Below, piece by piece: positions 1 to 11,178 of a stretch of 64,000 nucleotides of DNA. The position numbers and the translations under genes are program-made. The notes below the pieces were generated by a model. The model worked only from the letters and a program-made list of their open reading frames with translations, had not been told where the DNA came from and ran no database searches. This DNA comes from an uncultured Actinomycetes bacterium (GTDB lineage Bacteria > Actinomycetota > Thermoleophilia > Gaiellales > JAICJC01), in assembly GCA_963813245.1 (NCBI GenBank), contig CAWEYE010000010.1, positions 185,053 through 249,052 of the forward strand. Direction: 5' to 3'. Position 1 is the first letter of the stretch; every line of letters starts with the position of its first letter.

Positions 1-501
1 GAGTTCGCGCACCAGCCGCTCGCGGACGGCGAGCGGGTCGAGCTCGGCAACACGATCGTGACGGCGCTCGCGACCCCGGGCCACGCCCCCGCCCACCACA
101 CCTACCTCGTCGCCGACCTGCGCAGGGACACGGACGAGACGTGGCTCGCGTTCACCGGCGACTCGCTGCTCGTGAACGACGCCGGCCGCCCCGACCTGCA
201 CGCCGGCGGCGGCGACCCGCGCGACCTCGCGCGCATGCAGCATGCGTCGATGCGGCGGCTGCTCGAGCTGCCCGACTAGGTTCTGGCGCTGCCCAGCCAC
301 TACGCCGGCTCGGTGTGCGGCCGCGGGCTCTCGGGAAACCCGCTCTCGAGCATCGGCTTCGAGCGGCGCCACAACGCGTCGCTGCACGACATGGGCGCAT
401 CGGAGTTCGTCGAGGCCCTGCTGCTGAATCTTCCGCCCGCGCCGCCCGATCAGGCGGCGATCGTCGCCGCGAACCGCGCGGGCGCCCTGGAGCACACTTA
501 G
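1..501 (+). CDS. MBL-fold metallo-hydrolase (persulfide dioxygenase/Blh-like), 5'-truncated by the window edge; in-frame TAG at 277-279
   Basis: ATPGHAPAH, FTGDSL, GRPDL motifs. Reading through the TAG stays in frame: VLALPSHYAGSVCGRG...SSIGFERRHN. Confidence 0.75.
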
Positions 502-704
502 ATGATTGATTCCACGCCGCCGTGATGTCCTGGGCGGCTGCGAACCGAGCAGCGCAAGGACGCAGGGAGCGTTCATACTGGGCCAAGTATGGGCGCAACC
601 GAGGACGCAGCGATGCGACGGTTCGCAGCCGCAGCCCCACCACGCACCGAACCCCCACCACAGCCTGACGTCCAGGCGCGCGGCGGCGTGGAATCAATCA
701 TCTA
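499..704. mobile_element. TA-flanked MITE-like (ERIC-like) structured repeat, copy 1
   Basis: Perfect 24-bp terminal inverted repeat (499-522 tagatgattgattccacgccgccg / 681-704), nested inner stems (gcggctgcgaaccg/cggttcgcagccgc), homologous to 22932-23199. Confidence 0.75.
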
Positions 705-1477
705 CTAGCGCATGTAGCGGCGCACGGCGAGGCGCGACTTGAGCGCGTGCTGCTCGGCCCGGCCCTGGACGCGCGCGGCCATCATCACCGGATCTCGCTC
801 GTCGGCGTCGGCGTCGCTCTCGGCGGCCTCGGCGATCTGGACGACCATCGCGCGATCGTGCTCGGCGATCGCGGCGACCTCGCAGCCGATGCGGTAGCGG
901 CCGAACGAGATCGGCTCGGCCCGCATCACCAGCGCCTCGAGCGTGATCGGGCGGGCACCGATGTGAATCGAGAGCATCACCCGGTCGCCGACCGTGAGCG
1001 CGAGCTCGGTCACGAAGGCGACTCCGCCCTCCGAGAGGTCGGCCGTGCGGACGTGGAAGTGCTCGCCGTCGGGAAGCGCTCTCGATCGCAGCACCACGGC
1101 CTCGGCATCGTCGCTGCGCTGCGCGCGCTTGGTGCGGCGGTGGCCAGGCTGGTGCACGATGTCGATGACGCGCAGATGCAGCAGGGTCTGGTTCGACGAC
1201 TGGAAGTAGGCCTTCTCGATCCGCAGGGAGATGTCGTAGCCGCCGCCGTTCTGAGTCGCGCAGCGGGCACACGACGACGAGCTCGGGCTGCATCAGCATC
1301 TGCGGCGCGTAGCCGATCAGGAGGCCGCGGTCGAGGTCGGCGAGCACCACCTCGGCGACACCGCCGGCCGAGAACACGCCGATCGGGGTCGGCAGCGGCG
1401 GCAGCAGCGACAGGAACTCGTCGAGCAGAAGGCCGTCGGGATCGGGATCGGGGAGGCACGTGGGCGAACTCGGACAT
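705..1477 (-). CDS. PilZ-domain protein (apparent frameshifts near 1455 and 1250)
   Basis: RRTKR and DLSEGG c-di-GMP-binding motifs in ORF 705-1157. The N-terminal part continues in adjacent frames up to ATG 1477. Confidence 0.7.
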
Positions 1478-1539
1478 GTCGTCCCAGTCATCGGCGCGCG
1501 TGCCACCGGGCTTGAACGCGCGCCGCAGAACGCGCCGGC

Positions 1540-1570
1540 GGGGACTGTCCCCGGTCGTGGGACAGCCCCC
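1540..1570. repeat. Pair of 13-bp REP-like palindromes
   Basis: ggggactgtcccc at 1540-1552 and degenerate tgggacagccccc at 1558-1570; same family as 6832-6986, 52313 and 54138. Confidence 0.65.
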
Positions 1571-1584
1571 GCCGCGTTGCGTCG

Positions 1585-2716
1585 CTAGTAGGTGAGCAGC
1601 AGCTCGACCCGGCGGTTGAGCGCCCGCCCTGCGGCGGTGGCGTTCGTCGTCCGGGGGTGGCTCTCGCCATAGGCGACGGCCCGGCAGGCGACGTGCGCGC
1701 GGTGCGAGATGAACGCGCACACCGCGTCGGCGCGGGCGAAGCCCGAGCCGGTAGTTGGCGGCCGCCGAGCCCAGGCTGTCGGTGTAGCCGGTCGCGACGA
1801 CCCGCCTGGCGCCCTTGAGCTGCCCGATCAGGCCCAGCAGGTAGCTGCGGCCGGAGGGCAGGAGCACCGCCGAGCCGCTCTCGAACCGCAGCGCACCCGG
1901 CGTCACATCGACGCGGGAGGAGACGACGTGCACCGTCTGCTTGGCGACGAGCGGCGGGTGCCGCCCACGGGCAGCGACCGCGACCGTGGCGACGACGTGC
2001 ACTCCGCCGGGCTGGTCTGCCAGCTTGCGGCCCTTGCCGGTGAGCACGACCTCGACCTTGCCGTGGCGGCGCTGGTGATAGCCGTGGAACACGCGCACCG
2101 CGTGGCCGATGACGATGCCGCGGGCAGTCGTCAGGGTGACCTCGCACCGCGCGATCCTGCCGGTGGCCAGGCTGCAGCCGACCTTGATGCTGTGCCCGGC
2201 GGGAGCGACCGCCGGCAGGCCGACCCGGGGATGCGATCCGACGACGCGGTGCTTGACCGTCCACATGGCGGAGGCGGCGGGGCCGAAGTCGCCGTCGGCG
2301 TTGACGCCGTGGACGCGGAACACGTGCTCACCGAGCCCGAGGCCGGTGTAGGTCTGCGGCGAGGTGCACAGGTCGAACTGGCCGCCGTCGAGGCTGCACT
2401 CGTAGCCGATGGTGGCGGCTCCCCACCACGGGTCCGCCGAGTACGCCGTGCCGTTCTCGTGAATCGCGAAGAGGCCGGGGGCCTGGCTGGCATCGACGCC
2501 GTTGTCATCCTCGTAGAACAGGGCGGTCGTGGTGTCCTCGAAGCGGACGCTGATCGCACCGGGCGTATCCACGCCGCCGACAGCGGTGACGAGCTTCGAG
2601 CCGTTGATGAGCACGCCGTCCGTGCCGGGGTTATCGCCGGCGCCCCCGGCGCTGGCGACACCGGGAACGGCCAGGAGCAGGATCGCAGCGGCGATCACCG
2701 CGCGTTTGAGGGACAT
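1585..2716 (-). CDS. Secreted protein with Ig-like repeat and C-terminal OmpA-like peptidoglycan-binding domain (frameshift near 1740)
   Basis: Signal peptide MSLKRAVIAAAILLLAVPGVASA; YECSLDG...CTSP...GEHVFRV repeat; GYTDSLGSAAAN; after the shift YGESHP...GRALNRRVE; AAGGA RBS. Confidence 0.75.
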
Positions 2717-2876
2717 GGTGAAATCCTTTGGGTCGGGGTCGGGTGCAACGCCCCTTGTGTTCGTCCCGCGCCGATCCGTGTCGACGGCCGGCGGCGGGAG
2801 CCCGGCTCCCATTGCGGGGTATCTTCACTTGCGAGTTTTCGGTACTGCTCGGGTCCCTCTGCGGTACCATCGGCCG

Positions 2877-4537
2877 GTGCCCGCCGACCTGATCCTGCGA
2901 AACGCGGTCGTGCACACCGTCGCGCGCCCGACGCACCGGCGCCGCCGTCGCGATCGACGCCGGCCACATCGTGGCTGTGGGGAGCGGGCAGGACGTCGAC
3001 GGCCTACGCGGCCCCGGCACCCGCGTCGTCGACCTGCAGGGCGCGCTGGTGCTGCCCGGCTTCGCTGGACGCGCACTGCCACCTGGGCATGAGCGGCCTC
3101 GGCACGACCCAATGCGATCTCGAGGGCAGCCACGGCGCCGACGAGCACCTGCGCCGGATCGCCGCGTACGGGGCGGCGCACCCCGACCGCGAGTGGGTGG
3201 TCGGCGGCGGCTGGTCGATGAACGACTTCCCCGGCGGGACACCGACCGCGGCCGCGCTCGACGCGGTCGTGCCCGACCGGCCCGCCGTGCTCACAAACCG
3301 CGACTACCACGGCGCGTGGGTCAACTCCAGGGCGCTCGAGCTGGCCGGCATCACCGCGGCGACGCCCGACCCTGCCGGCGGCCGGATCGAGCGCGACGCC
3401 CACGGCGCGCCGCTCGGGACGCTGCAGGAGCAGGCGATGCACCTGGTGCTCGACCGGACGCCCGCGCCCACCCACGCCGAGCGCGTGGCCGGCATCCGGG
3501 CCGGCCAGGACTACTACCACCGGCTCGGGATCACGGCCTGCCAGGACGCGCTCGTCGACGCCGACTGGCAGCGCGCCTACGAGCACCTGGCCCGGTCGGG
3601 CGAGCTCGGCCTGCGGGTGCGGGGGGCGCTCGAGTGGGACGCTGGCCGCGGCGACGAGCAGCTCGCCGAGCTGCGTCGAGCGGCGGGCGAGCGGCAGCGT
3701 CGGGCCGGCTCGCGTGCGGCCACGTCAAGTTCTTCCACGACGGCGTGGTCGAGAACCGCACCGCGGCCATGCTCGACCCGTACCTGGACGACGCCGGGCG
3801 GCCGACCGGCCGAGTACGGCATCGACATGTACGCACGCGGCCGACCTGGAGCGGTTCGTGCGGCCTGTGCGACGCGGCCGGCTTCGGCGTCCACATCCAC
3901 ACGATCGGCGACCGGGCGGTGCGCGAGTCGCTCGACGCGCTCGAGGCCGCCGATCGGCCGCAACGGCCGCCGCGACGCCCGCCACCAGCTCGCGCACGTC
4001 CAGTTCGCCCACCCGGACGACCTGCCCCGCTTCGCGCGCGCTCGGGCGTGATCGCAAACGTGACGCCGCTGTGGGCGCGGCTCGAGGAGTACGTCGACCA
4101 AGCTGACGCTGCCGTTCGTCTCGGACACGGCCGCCGCCGGCATGTACCCGTTCGCAAGCATCCTGCGGGCCGGGGGCGCGCTCGCGTTCGGAAGCGACTG
4201 GTCGGTGTCGACGCCGGATCCGCTGCACCAGCTGGCGACCGCCGTCGCCCGCGTCGACCCCGAGGGATCGGCCGCCGAACCGTTGCTCGCCGGACGAGCG
4301 GCTCGACCTGGACGCGGCGATCGCAGCGCACACGATCGGCGCCGCGCACGCCTGCGTGGCTCGACGCGGTCACGGGCTCGATCGAGCCGGGCAAGCTGGC
4401 CGACCTGGTCGTGCTCGACCGCGACCTGTACGACCTGCACGCCGCGCGACTACCTGGGCGCGCGCGTGCTGGGGACGCTGGTCGAGGGCGAGGTCGTGTA
4501 CGCGGCCCCCGAGTCGGAGCTCTCACTCTCGACCTGA
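2877..4537 (+). CDS. Amidohydrolase family 3 (YtcJ-like), multiple frameshifts
   Basis: DAHCH, HGAWVNS, KFFHDG, HTIGDRA, AFGSDW, GSIEPGKLADLVVLD motifs spread over several frames; TACCAT -10 six nt before the GTG. Confidence 0.8.
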
Positions 4538-4540
4538 GCG

Positions 4541-5269
4541 TTAGGCTGCGCGCACAACCACGAGCGTCCCCAGCCGGGCAACCCGGCGCAGGAGCGCGAT
4601 CGCCGGCAGGCCGGCGTGGATGCAGCCGTTGCTGACCGGCCCCATCGGGCCGGGGTGGATCGCGATCGTGTCGCCGCCGGCCCAGGTGGGAGCAAGATGG
4701 GTCTGGTGGGCCGAGAGCGCGAGCGCAAACGGCGCGTACGGGCTGCCGACCGGGAACCGCACCCGGTCAATCACCGAGAACCGGCCGACGGGGGTCGGCG
4801 TGGCCGGGGTGCCGTGCCCGATCGGGAACGACCCCAGGAGGCGGCGGCCGCGCAGCACCCGCAGGCGGCCCCGGGCCAGATCGACGACGACCCGGGTCCG
4901 CGACCACCGCAGGGGGAGCGAGCGCAGGTCGAGATGCACGACCCGGCTGCGCGCGCCCACGGGCACGAGCGCGGAGCCCCGCGTGCCTTTGCGCGCGAGC
5001 ACCGGCACCCACAGCGGCTCGCCGAACTGCGTCTTTGCGGCCACCCGCCCGAAGGGCGTGCGCAGCGGCCGCAGCAGCTTCGCCATCAGATAGGTGCCGC
5101 GGCCGCTCGGCCGGGCCGGCACGTGCCAGACCGCCGGCGCATGGGTCTGCGCCGCCGGCGGCGGAGCATCCCGGCGCACGGGCGCGGGGTGCTCCGCCGC
5201 CGATGCCCCGGCACATGCGGTGCAAACACAGGCGACCACGACGGCCGCGCCCCAGACCCGAAACCCCAT
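4541..5269 (-). CDS. L,D-transpeptidase family protein
   Basis: Signal-like N-terminus; TPTPVGRF; IAIH...SNGCIH catalytic His/Cys motif; TATGCT -10 at 5277-5282. Confidence 0.8.
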   Translation of the reverse strand: MGFRVWGAAVVVACVCTACAGASAAEHPAPVRRDAPPPAAQTHAPAVWHVPARPSGRGTYLMAKLLRPLRTPFGRVAAKTQFGEPLWVPVLARKGTRGSALVPVGARSRVVHLDLRSLPLRWSRTRVVVDLARGRLRVLRGRRLLGSFPIGHGTPATPTPVGRFSVIDRVRFPVGSPYAPFALALSAHQTHLAPTWAGGDTIAIHPGPMGPVSNGCIHAGLPAIALLRRVARLGTLVVVRAA

Positions 5270-5304
5270 CCCGGAAAGCATACGTCGGCGGTCAACCCCT
5301 GCGG

Positions 5305-5310
5305 TATCGT
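5305..5310 (+). promoter_or_regulatory. Putative -10 element for the retron ncRNA/RT transcript
   Basis: TATCGT (TANNNT) ends 5 nt upstream of the first inverted-repeat arm at 5316. Confidence 0.45.
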
Positions 5311-5315
5311 GCGCC

Positions 5316-5477
5316 GCATCCGACGACGCGCCCCGAGGCGACCCGCTCGGCGGGTCTCTCTGGGGCACCCCCAGGGGAACCGGTGTCACCACGCATCGCA
5401 TCGCATGCGCCTCGCTGCGCCTCCGTCGCAGGTCCGCGCACGCAGGACAGGGACAGTTGGGGCGCGTCGCCGGACGC
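5316..5477 (+). ncRNA. Putative retron msr-msd non-coding RNA
   Basis: Closing inverted repeat 5316-5334 / 5459-5477 (17 of 19 complementary); G residues immediately after the 5' arm; two short stem-loops at 5340-5356 and 5357-5377; ends 6 nt before the RT ATG. Confidence 0.65.
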
Positions 5478-5483
5478 TCTCGC

Positions 5484-6828
5484 ATGACGCAGTGGAGCCG
5501 GACGGAGCGCGCCCGGGTCGCCCGCGCGACGGCGGCGGCCTTCCTGGACGGCGATTGGGAGCCCGCCGGCATGGCCACGCGAGCGGCGGCGGCCTTCGGA
5601 CGGCGGCCGCGCTTCATTGCGGGGGTCGCCGCGGAGGTTGCGGCGACCTACCGCGAACGCCCCGGCCGACCGGCCGCGCGAGCTCGCGGCCGTGATCGAG
5701 CGGAACCTCGACCGGCTCGACACCCGCGGCCTGCTCCCCCAGCCGCCGCGGCATGTGCCGACGGCGGTCTTCGCGCCGGCGATGGGGCGGATGCGCTGGC
5801 CGGTGCCCGTGCTCGACACCCCGGCCGACCTGGCCGGGATGCTCGACCTGCACCGTGGCGAGCTCGCCTGGCTGGCCGACCGCCGCGGGCTGGAGCGGCG
5901 CGCCCGCGACCTGCGGCTGCGCAACTACCGTTACCGCTGGCTGGCCCGGCCCGGTGGGCCGCCGCGGCTGATCGAGCAGCCCAAGCGCCTGCTCAAGGAG
6001 ACGCAGCGGCGGCTCCTGCGGGGGATCCTCGAGGCGATCCCGCCGCACGACGCCGCCCACGGCTTCCGCCGCGGGCACTCCGCGCTCACCCACGCCCGCC
6101 GCCACACCGGCCGTGAGGTCGTGCTGCGGTTCGACCTGGAGGACTTCTTCGCCTCGATCCCGGCCGGCCGCGTGTACGGCGTCTTCCGCGGCGCCGGCTA
6201 TCCGGAGGCGGTCGCGGCCGACCTCACCGGGCTCGTCACGAACACGCTGCCCGTCGCGGAGTGGGCGGCGGCGCCGCGGGCGGCCGACCCGGCCGTCGGA
6301 GCGGCACACCACCGCCTGGGGCGGCGGCTGGCCGCGGCGCATCTGCCGCAGGGCGCGCCCACCTCGCCGGCGCTCGCGAACCTGTGCGCGTATCGGCTCG
6401 ACTGCCGCCTGGCCGGGCTGGCCGACGCGTTCGACGCGACCTACACCCGCTACGCGGACGACCTGGTGCTCTCGGGCGGATCGCGCCTGCACGCGGGCGC
6501 CGCCGCGGTGCGGGCCGCGGTCGAGGCGATCGCGCTCGCCGAGGGCTTCCGGGTGAACCCGCGCAAGTCGCAGCTGATGACCCGGGCGGGCCGTCAGCAG
6601 GTGTGCGGGGTCGTCGTCAACGCCCACCCGAATGCCGCGCGCGCCGACTACGACCGGCTGCGGGCCGCGCTGCACGAGGCCGCGCTGCGCGGGCCCGCCG
6701 CCGCCAACCGCGCCGGCGTCCCCGACCTGCGCGCCCACCTGCTCGGGAGGATCGGCTGGGTGGAGGCGCTGAACCCCGCCCGCGGGGCGAAGCTGCGGCG
6801 CCAGTTCGCCCGCATCGACTGGCCCTAG
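5484..6828 (+). CDS. Retron-type reverse transcriptase (~447 aa after removing one C from the C4 run at 5660-5663)
   Basis: RLIEQPK, AHGFRRG, HARRH (retron NAxxH position), DLEDFF, LPQGAPTSPALAN, YTRYADD, VCGVVVN (retron VTG position). Confidence 0.9.
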
Positions 6829-6831
6829 GCC

Positions 6832-6986
6832 GGGGACAGTCCCCAAACACCGGGGACAGCCCCCACGCAGCCTCAGGTGCCTGGCACCGTCGCGGTGCCA
6901 GGCACCGCCCACGGGGAACCGGGGACAGTCCCCCGCTCCAAGAACCGTCACCGAGATGTCACGGCGCTCGTTCGGGGCCTGGCCCC
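6832..6986. repeat. Cluster of six 13-bp palindromes (5-bp arms, CAG/CTG centre)
   Basis: Copies start at 6832, 6852, 6876, 6894, 6921 and 6974 (ggggacagtcccc, ggtgcctggcacc, ggggcctggcccc variants). Confidence 0.75.
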
Positions 6987-6988
6987 GG

Positions 6989-7785
6989 TTAGACGCCGAT
7001 CGGGTGCCAGACGGTCTTTGCCTCCATCAGCGGCTCGATCTCCCACACGCTCTGCCCGGTGGCCGAGCCGCGCACGACCCGCTTCACGTTCTCGGCCGCC
7101 AGCCGCTCGAGCTCCGCGGCGGCGTCGGCCGGCGCGCCGGTGAGGTCGATCGCGTTCACGTCCATGTGGCTCGCCAGGATCTGCGCGACCTCGGCGGAAT
7201 CGCCGGTGAGGATGTTGACCGCCCCGGCCGGCATGTCGCTCGTCGCCACCGCCTCGGCCAGCTCGACCGCGGCCAGGGGATGGGCGCTCGAGGCGACGAC
7301 GACGGCCGTGTTGCCGCCGACGAGCGCCGGCAGGAGCCGCGACACGAGCCCCTCGAGCGCCGGCTCGGGCGGGGCCAGGATCGCGACCACGCCGGTCGGC
7401 TCGGGGATCGTGAAGTTGAAGTACGGCCCGGCGACGGGGTTGGCCCCGCCCAGCACCTGGGCCAGCTTGTCCGCCCAGCCCGCGTACCAGACGACCCGAT
7501 CGATCGAGCGCTCCACTTCGTCGGGCCCGGAGCAGGCCGCCCGAAGGTCGACGGCGCGCGTCTCCATCATCTCGGCCAGCCGGTAGAGCACCTGACCGCG
7601 GTTGTAGGCGGTCGCGCCCGACCACTTCGCGACGGCCGAGCGGGCCGCGCGGACGGCGTCGCGGGCGTCCTTGCGCGACGCGCGGGCGACGTTCTGGCCC
7701 TCGGCCTCGTAGGTGCGGCCCGACTCGGAGCGCGGGAACGCGCCGCCGATGTAGAGCTTGTACGTCTTGCGCACCGGCAGGCGGG

Positions 7786-7789
<4 letters not shown>
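6989..7789 (-). CDS. Short aldehyde dehydrogenase-family protein (NAD-binding part only)
   Basis: KTYKLYIGGAFPRSESGR, YAGWADK, EPTGVV; overlaps the upstream ALDH stop (GTGA). Confidence 0.85.
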
Positions 7790-9266
<1,477 letters not shown>

Positions 9267-9267
<1 letters not shown>

Positions 9268-10205
9268 CAGTCGATGCTGAAGTGGTCGGGGGATTGGTAG
9301 GCGCCGGTGCGCTGCTTGCGCATCTGCATGAGCACGTCGTTCAGGAGCGACGAGGCGCCGAACCGGAACTTCTCCGGCGTCAGCCAGTCGCGGCCGAGCG
9401 TCTCGTGCAGCACACACAGGTACTGGATCGCGACCTTCGAGTGGCGGATGCCGCCCGCGGGCTTCATCCCCACCTGGCGGCCGGTCTCGGCCTCGACGTC
9501 GCGGATCGCCTCGAGCATGCACAGCGTCACCGGCAGCGTCGCCGCCGGGCTGACCTTGCCGGTCGACGTCTTGATGAAGTCGGCGCCGGCGGCCATCGCC
9601 AGGAGCGACGCGCGGCGGACGTTGTCGTAGGTGCCGAGCTCGCCCGTCTCGAGGATCACCTTGAGGTGCGCCCGGCCCGCGGCCTCCTTCACGCGCACGA
9701 TCTCGTCGTACACCTTGGCGTAGCGGCCCGAGAGGAACGCGCCGCGGTCGATCACCATGTCCACCTCGTCCGCGCCGAGCTCGACCGCGGCCCGCACATC
9801 GGCCAGCTTGACCTCGATCGGCGACTGGCCCGACGGAAACGCCGTCGCGACCGACGCGATCCGCACCGTGCGATCCTCGCCGAGCCGCTCGCGCGCGACC
9901 GCGACGAGGTTCGGGTAGACGCACACGGCCGCCACCGACGGCACGCTCGGATCCGGGTCGGGGCGCACGGCCTTCGCGCACATGGCCGCCACCTTGCCGG
10001 GCGTGTCGGCGCCCTCGAGCGTCGTCAGGTCGATCATGCGCACGGTCAGGTCGAGCGCGGCCAGCTTCGACTCGCGCTTGATCGAGCGCTTGGCCAGATC
10101 GGCCGCCCGGGCCTCGAGCGCGACGGCATCGACGGCGCCGATGCGCGGCAGGCGCGGCTCAAGCGGCAACTCGAACCCGCGGGTGAGGGTGGCCGTCCCG
10201 TCCAT
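9267..10205 (-). CDS. deoC: Deoxyribose-phosphate aldolase
   Basis: DLTTL, GADEVDMVI, LKVILETGEL, GADFIKTSTGK, KPAGGIR, RFGASSLL. Confidence 0.95.
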
Positions 10206-10257
10206 CAGCCCGTCAGTGTAGATCCTTCGACTCGAACCACGAGGGCGGACACATGGA

Positions 10258-10288
10258 CCAATCGGCATCCACGGCGAATGCCAATTGG
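10258..10288. repeat. 31-bp CCAATTG palindromic repeat, copy A (degenerate)
   Basis: ccaatcggcatcc-acggc-gaatgccaattgg. Confidence 0.7.
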
Positions 10289-10347
10289 CCCGGACGGCGC
10301 GCCATGAGTATCACCGCGGGGGCGGCCCGTTCCCGTGCCCGACCAGG

Positions 10348-11178
10348 TCATCCCACCGCGTCATCGCCGAACCGTACCGCCAGGCGCCCGTCGCCCACCC
10401 GCGCGAGCACGTAGATCGCAAACGAGATCGAGCTGATGAAGAAGCTCGTCGGCCACGGCTGCACCAGGCTGAGCAGGATGCCGCCCTCGGTCGCGACGAG
10501 CGCGATCACGATCGAGACGAGGATCGCCGTCGCCGGGTTCGCCGTGAGGCGCTGCGCGGCGGCGGCGGGCGTGATCACGAGCGTCAGCACGAGCAGGACG
10601 CCGACGACCTGGATGGCCTCGGCGGTCGTCAGCGCGAGCAGCAGGAACGTCAGCACCGAGAGCGCCCGCACGGGCACGCCGCGGGCCTCGGCCACCTCGG
10701 GATCGATGCTCGAGAAGAGCAGCGGCCGGTAGGCGGCGGCGATCCCGGCCAGCACGACGACGGCGACAGCGACGAGCGCGGCCAGCTGGCGGTCGCTGAC
10801 GCCGACGATGCTGCCGAAGAGCAGGTTGGTGGCCTCGGTGGCGTAGCCCTGGTAGAGGCTCAGGAAGAGCACGCCCAGCCCGAGCCCGAACGCGAGCACC
10901 GCCCCGATGGCGCTGTCGCGCTCACGCCCGCGCAGCGAGAGCAGGCCGAGCACGGCGCCGACGAGCAGCGAGCCGCCCATCATGCCGATCACGGGATCGA
11001 TGCCGAGCACGAGCGCGCCCGCGGCGCCGGTGAAGCCGAGCTCGGAGATGGCGTGCACGGCGAAGCTCGCGCCGCGGGTGACGACGAACGTGCCGATGGC
11101 GCCGCTCAGAACCGCCACGACGCCGCCGGCCAGCAGCGCCGTGTGCACGAAGTGCTGCCCCAGAAGCTCGGTGAACAT
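10348..11178 (-). CDS. Metal (Zn/Mn) ABC transporter permease
   Basis: Hydrophobic ABC-3 type protein with HAISELGFTG, LLFGSI, DPEVAEARG, VVGVLLV. Confidence 0.92.
   Translation of the reverse strand: MFTELLGQHFVHTALLAGGVVAVLSGAIGTFVVTRGASFAVHAISELGFTGAAGALVLGIDPVIGMMGGSLLVGAVLGLLSLRGRERDSAIGAVLAFGLGLGVLFLSLYQGYATEATNLLFGSIVGVSDRQLAALVAVAVVVLAGIAAAYRPLLFSSIDPEVAEARGVPVRALSVLTFLLLALTTAEAIQVVGVLLVLTLVITPAAAAQRLTANPATAILVSIVIALVATEGGILLSLVQPWPTSFFISSISFAIYVLARVGDGRLAVRFGDDAVG

Noticed and set aside
277-279. Pyrrolysine or amber recoding
   Set aside because: TAG is used as a normal stop by many genes here, and no pyl genes are visible.
2720-2860. c-di-GMP riboswitch upstream of the OmpA-like gene
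   Set aside because: I could not find class I or class II consensus elements by eye; an Rfam scan would be needed.
5484-6828. RT as a group II intron, DGR or CRISPR-associated RT
   Set aside because: No maturase or endonuclease domain, no intron domain V/VI, no TR/VR repeat pair or avd gene, no cas genes; the motifs fit retrons.
5374-6922. Shared ggggaaccgg 10-mer in the retron ncRNA (5374) and downstream cluster (6913) as a target duplication
   Set aside because: Too short and GC-rich, and it lies inside the ncRNA rather than flanking the locus.
6832-6986. Possible CRISPR array
   Set aside because: Units are only 13 bp, differ in sequence, have irregular 5-40 bp gaps, and no cas genes are present.
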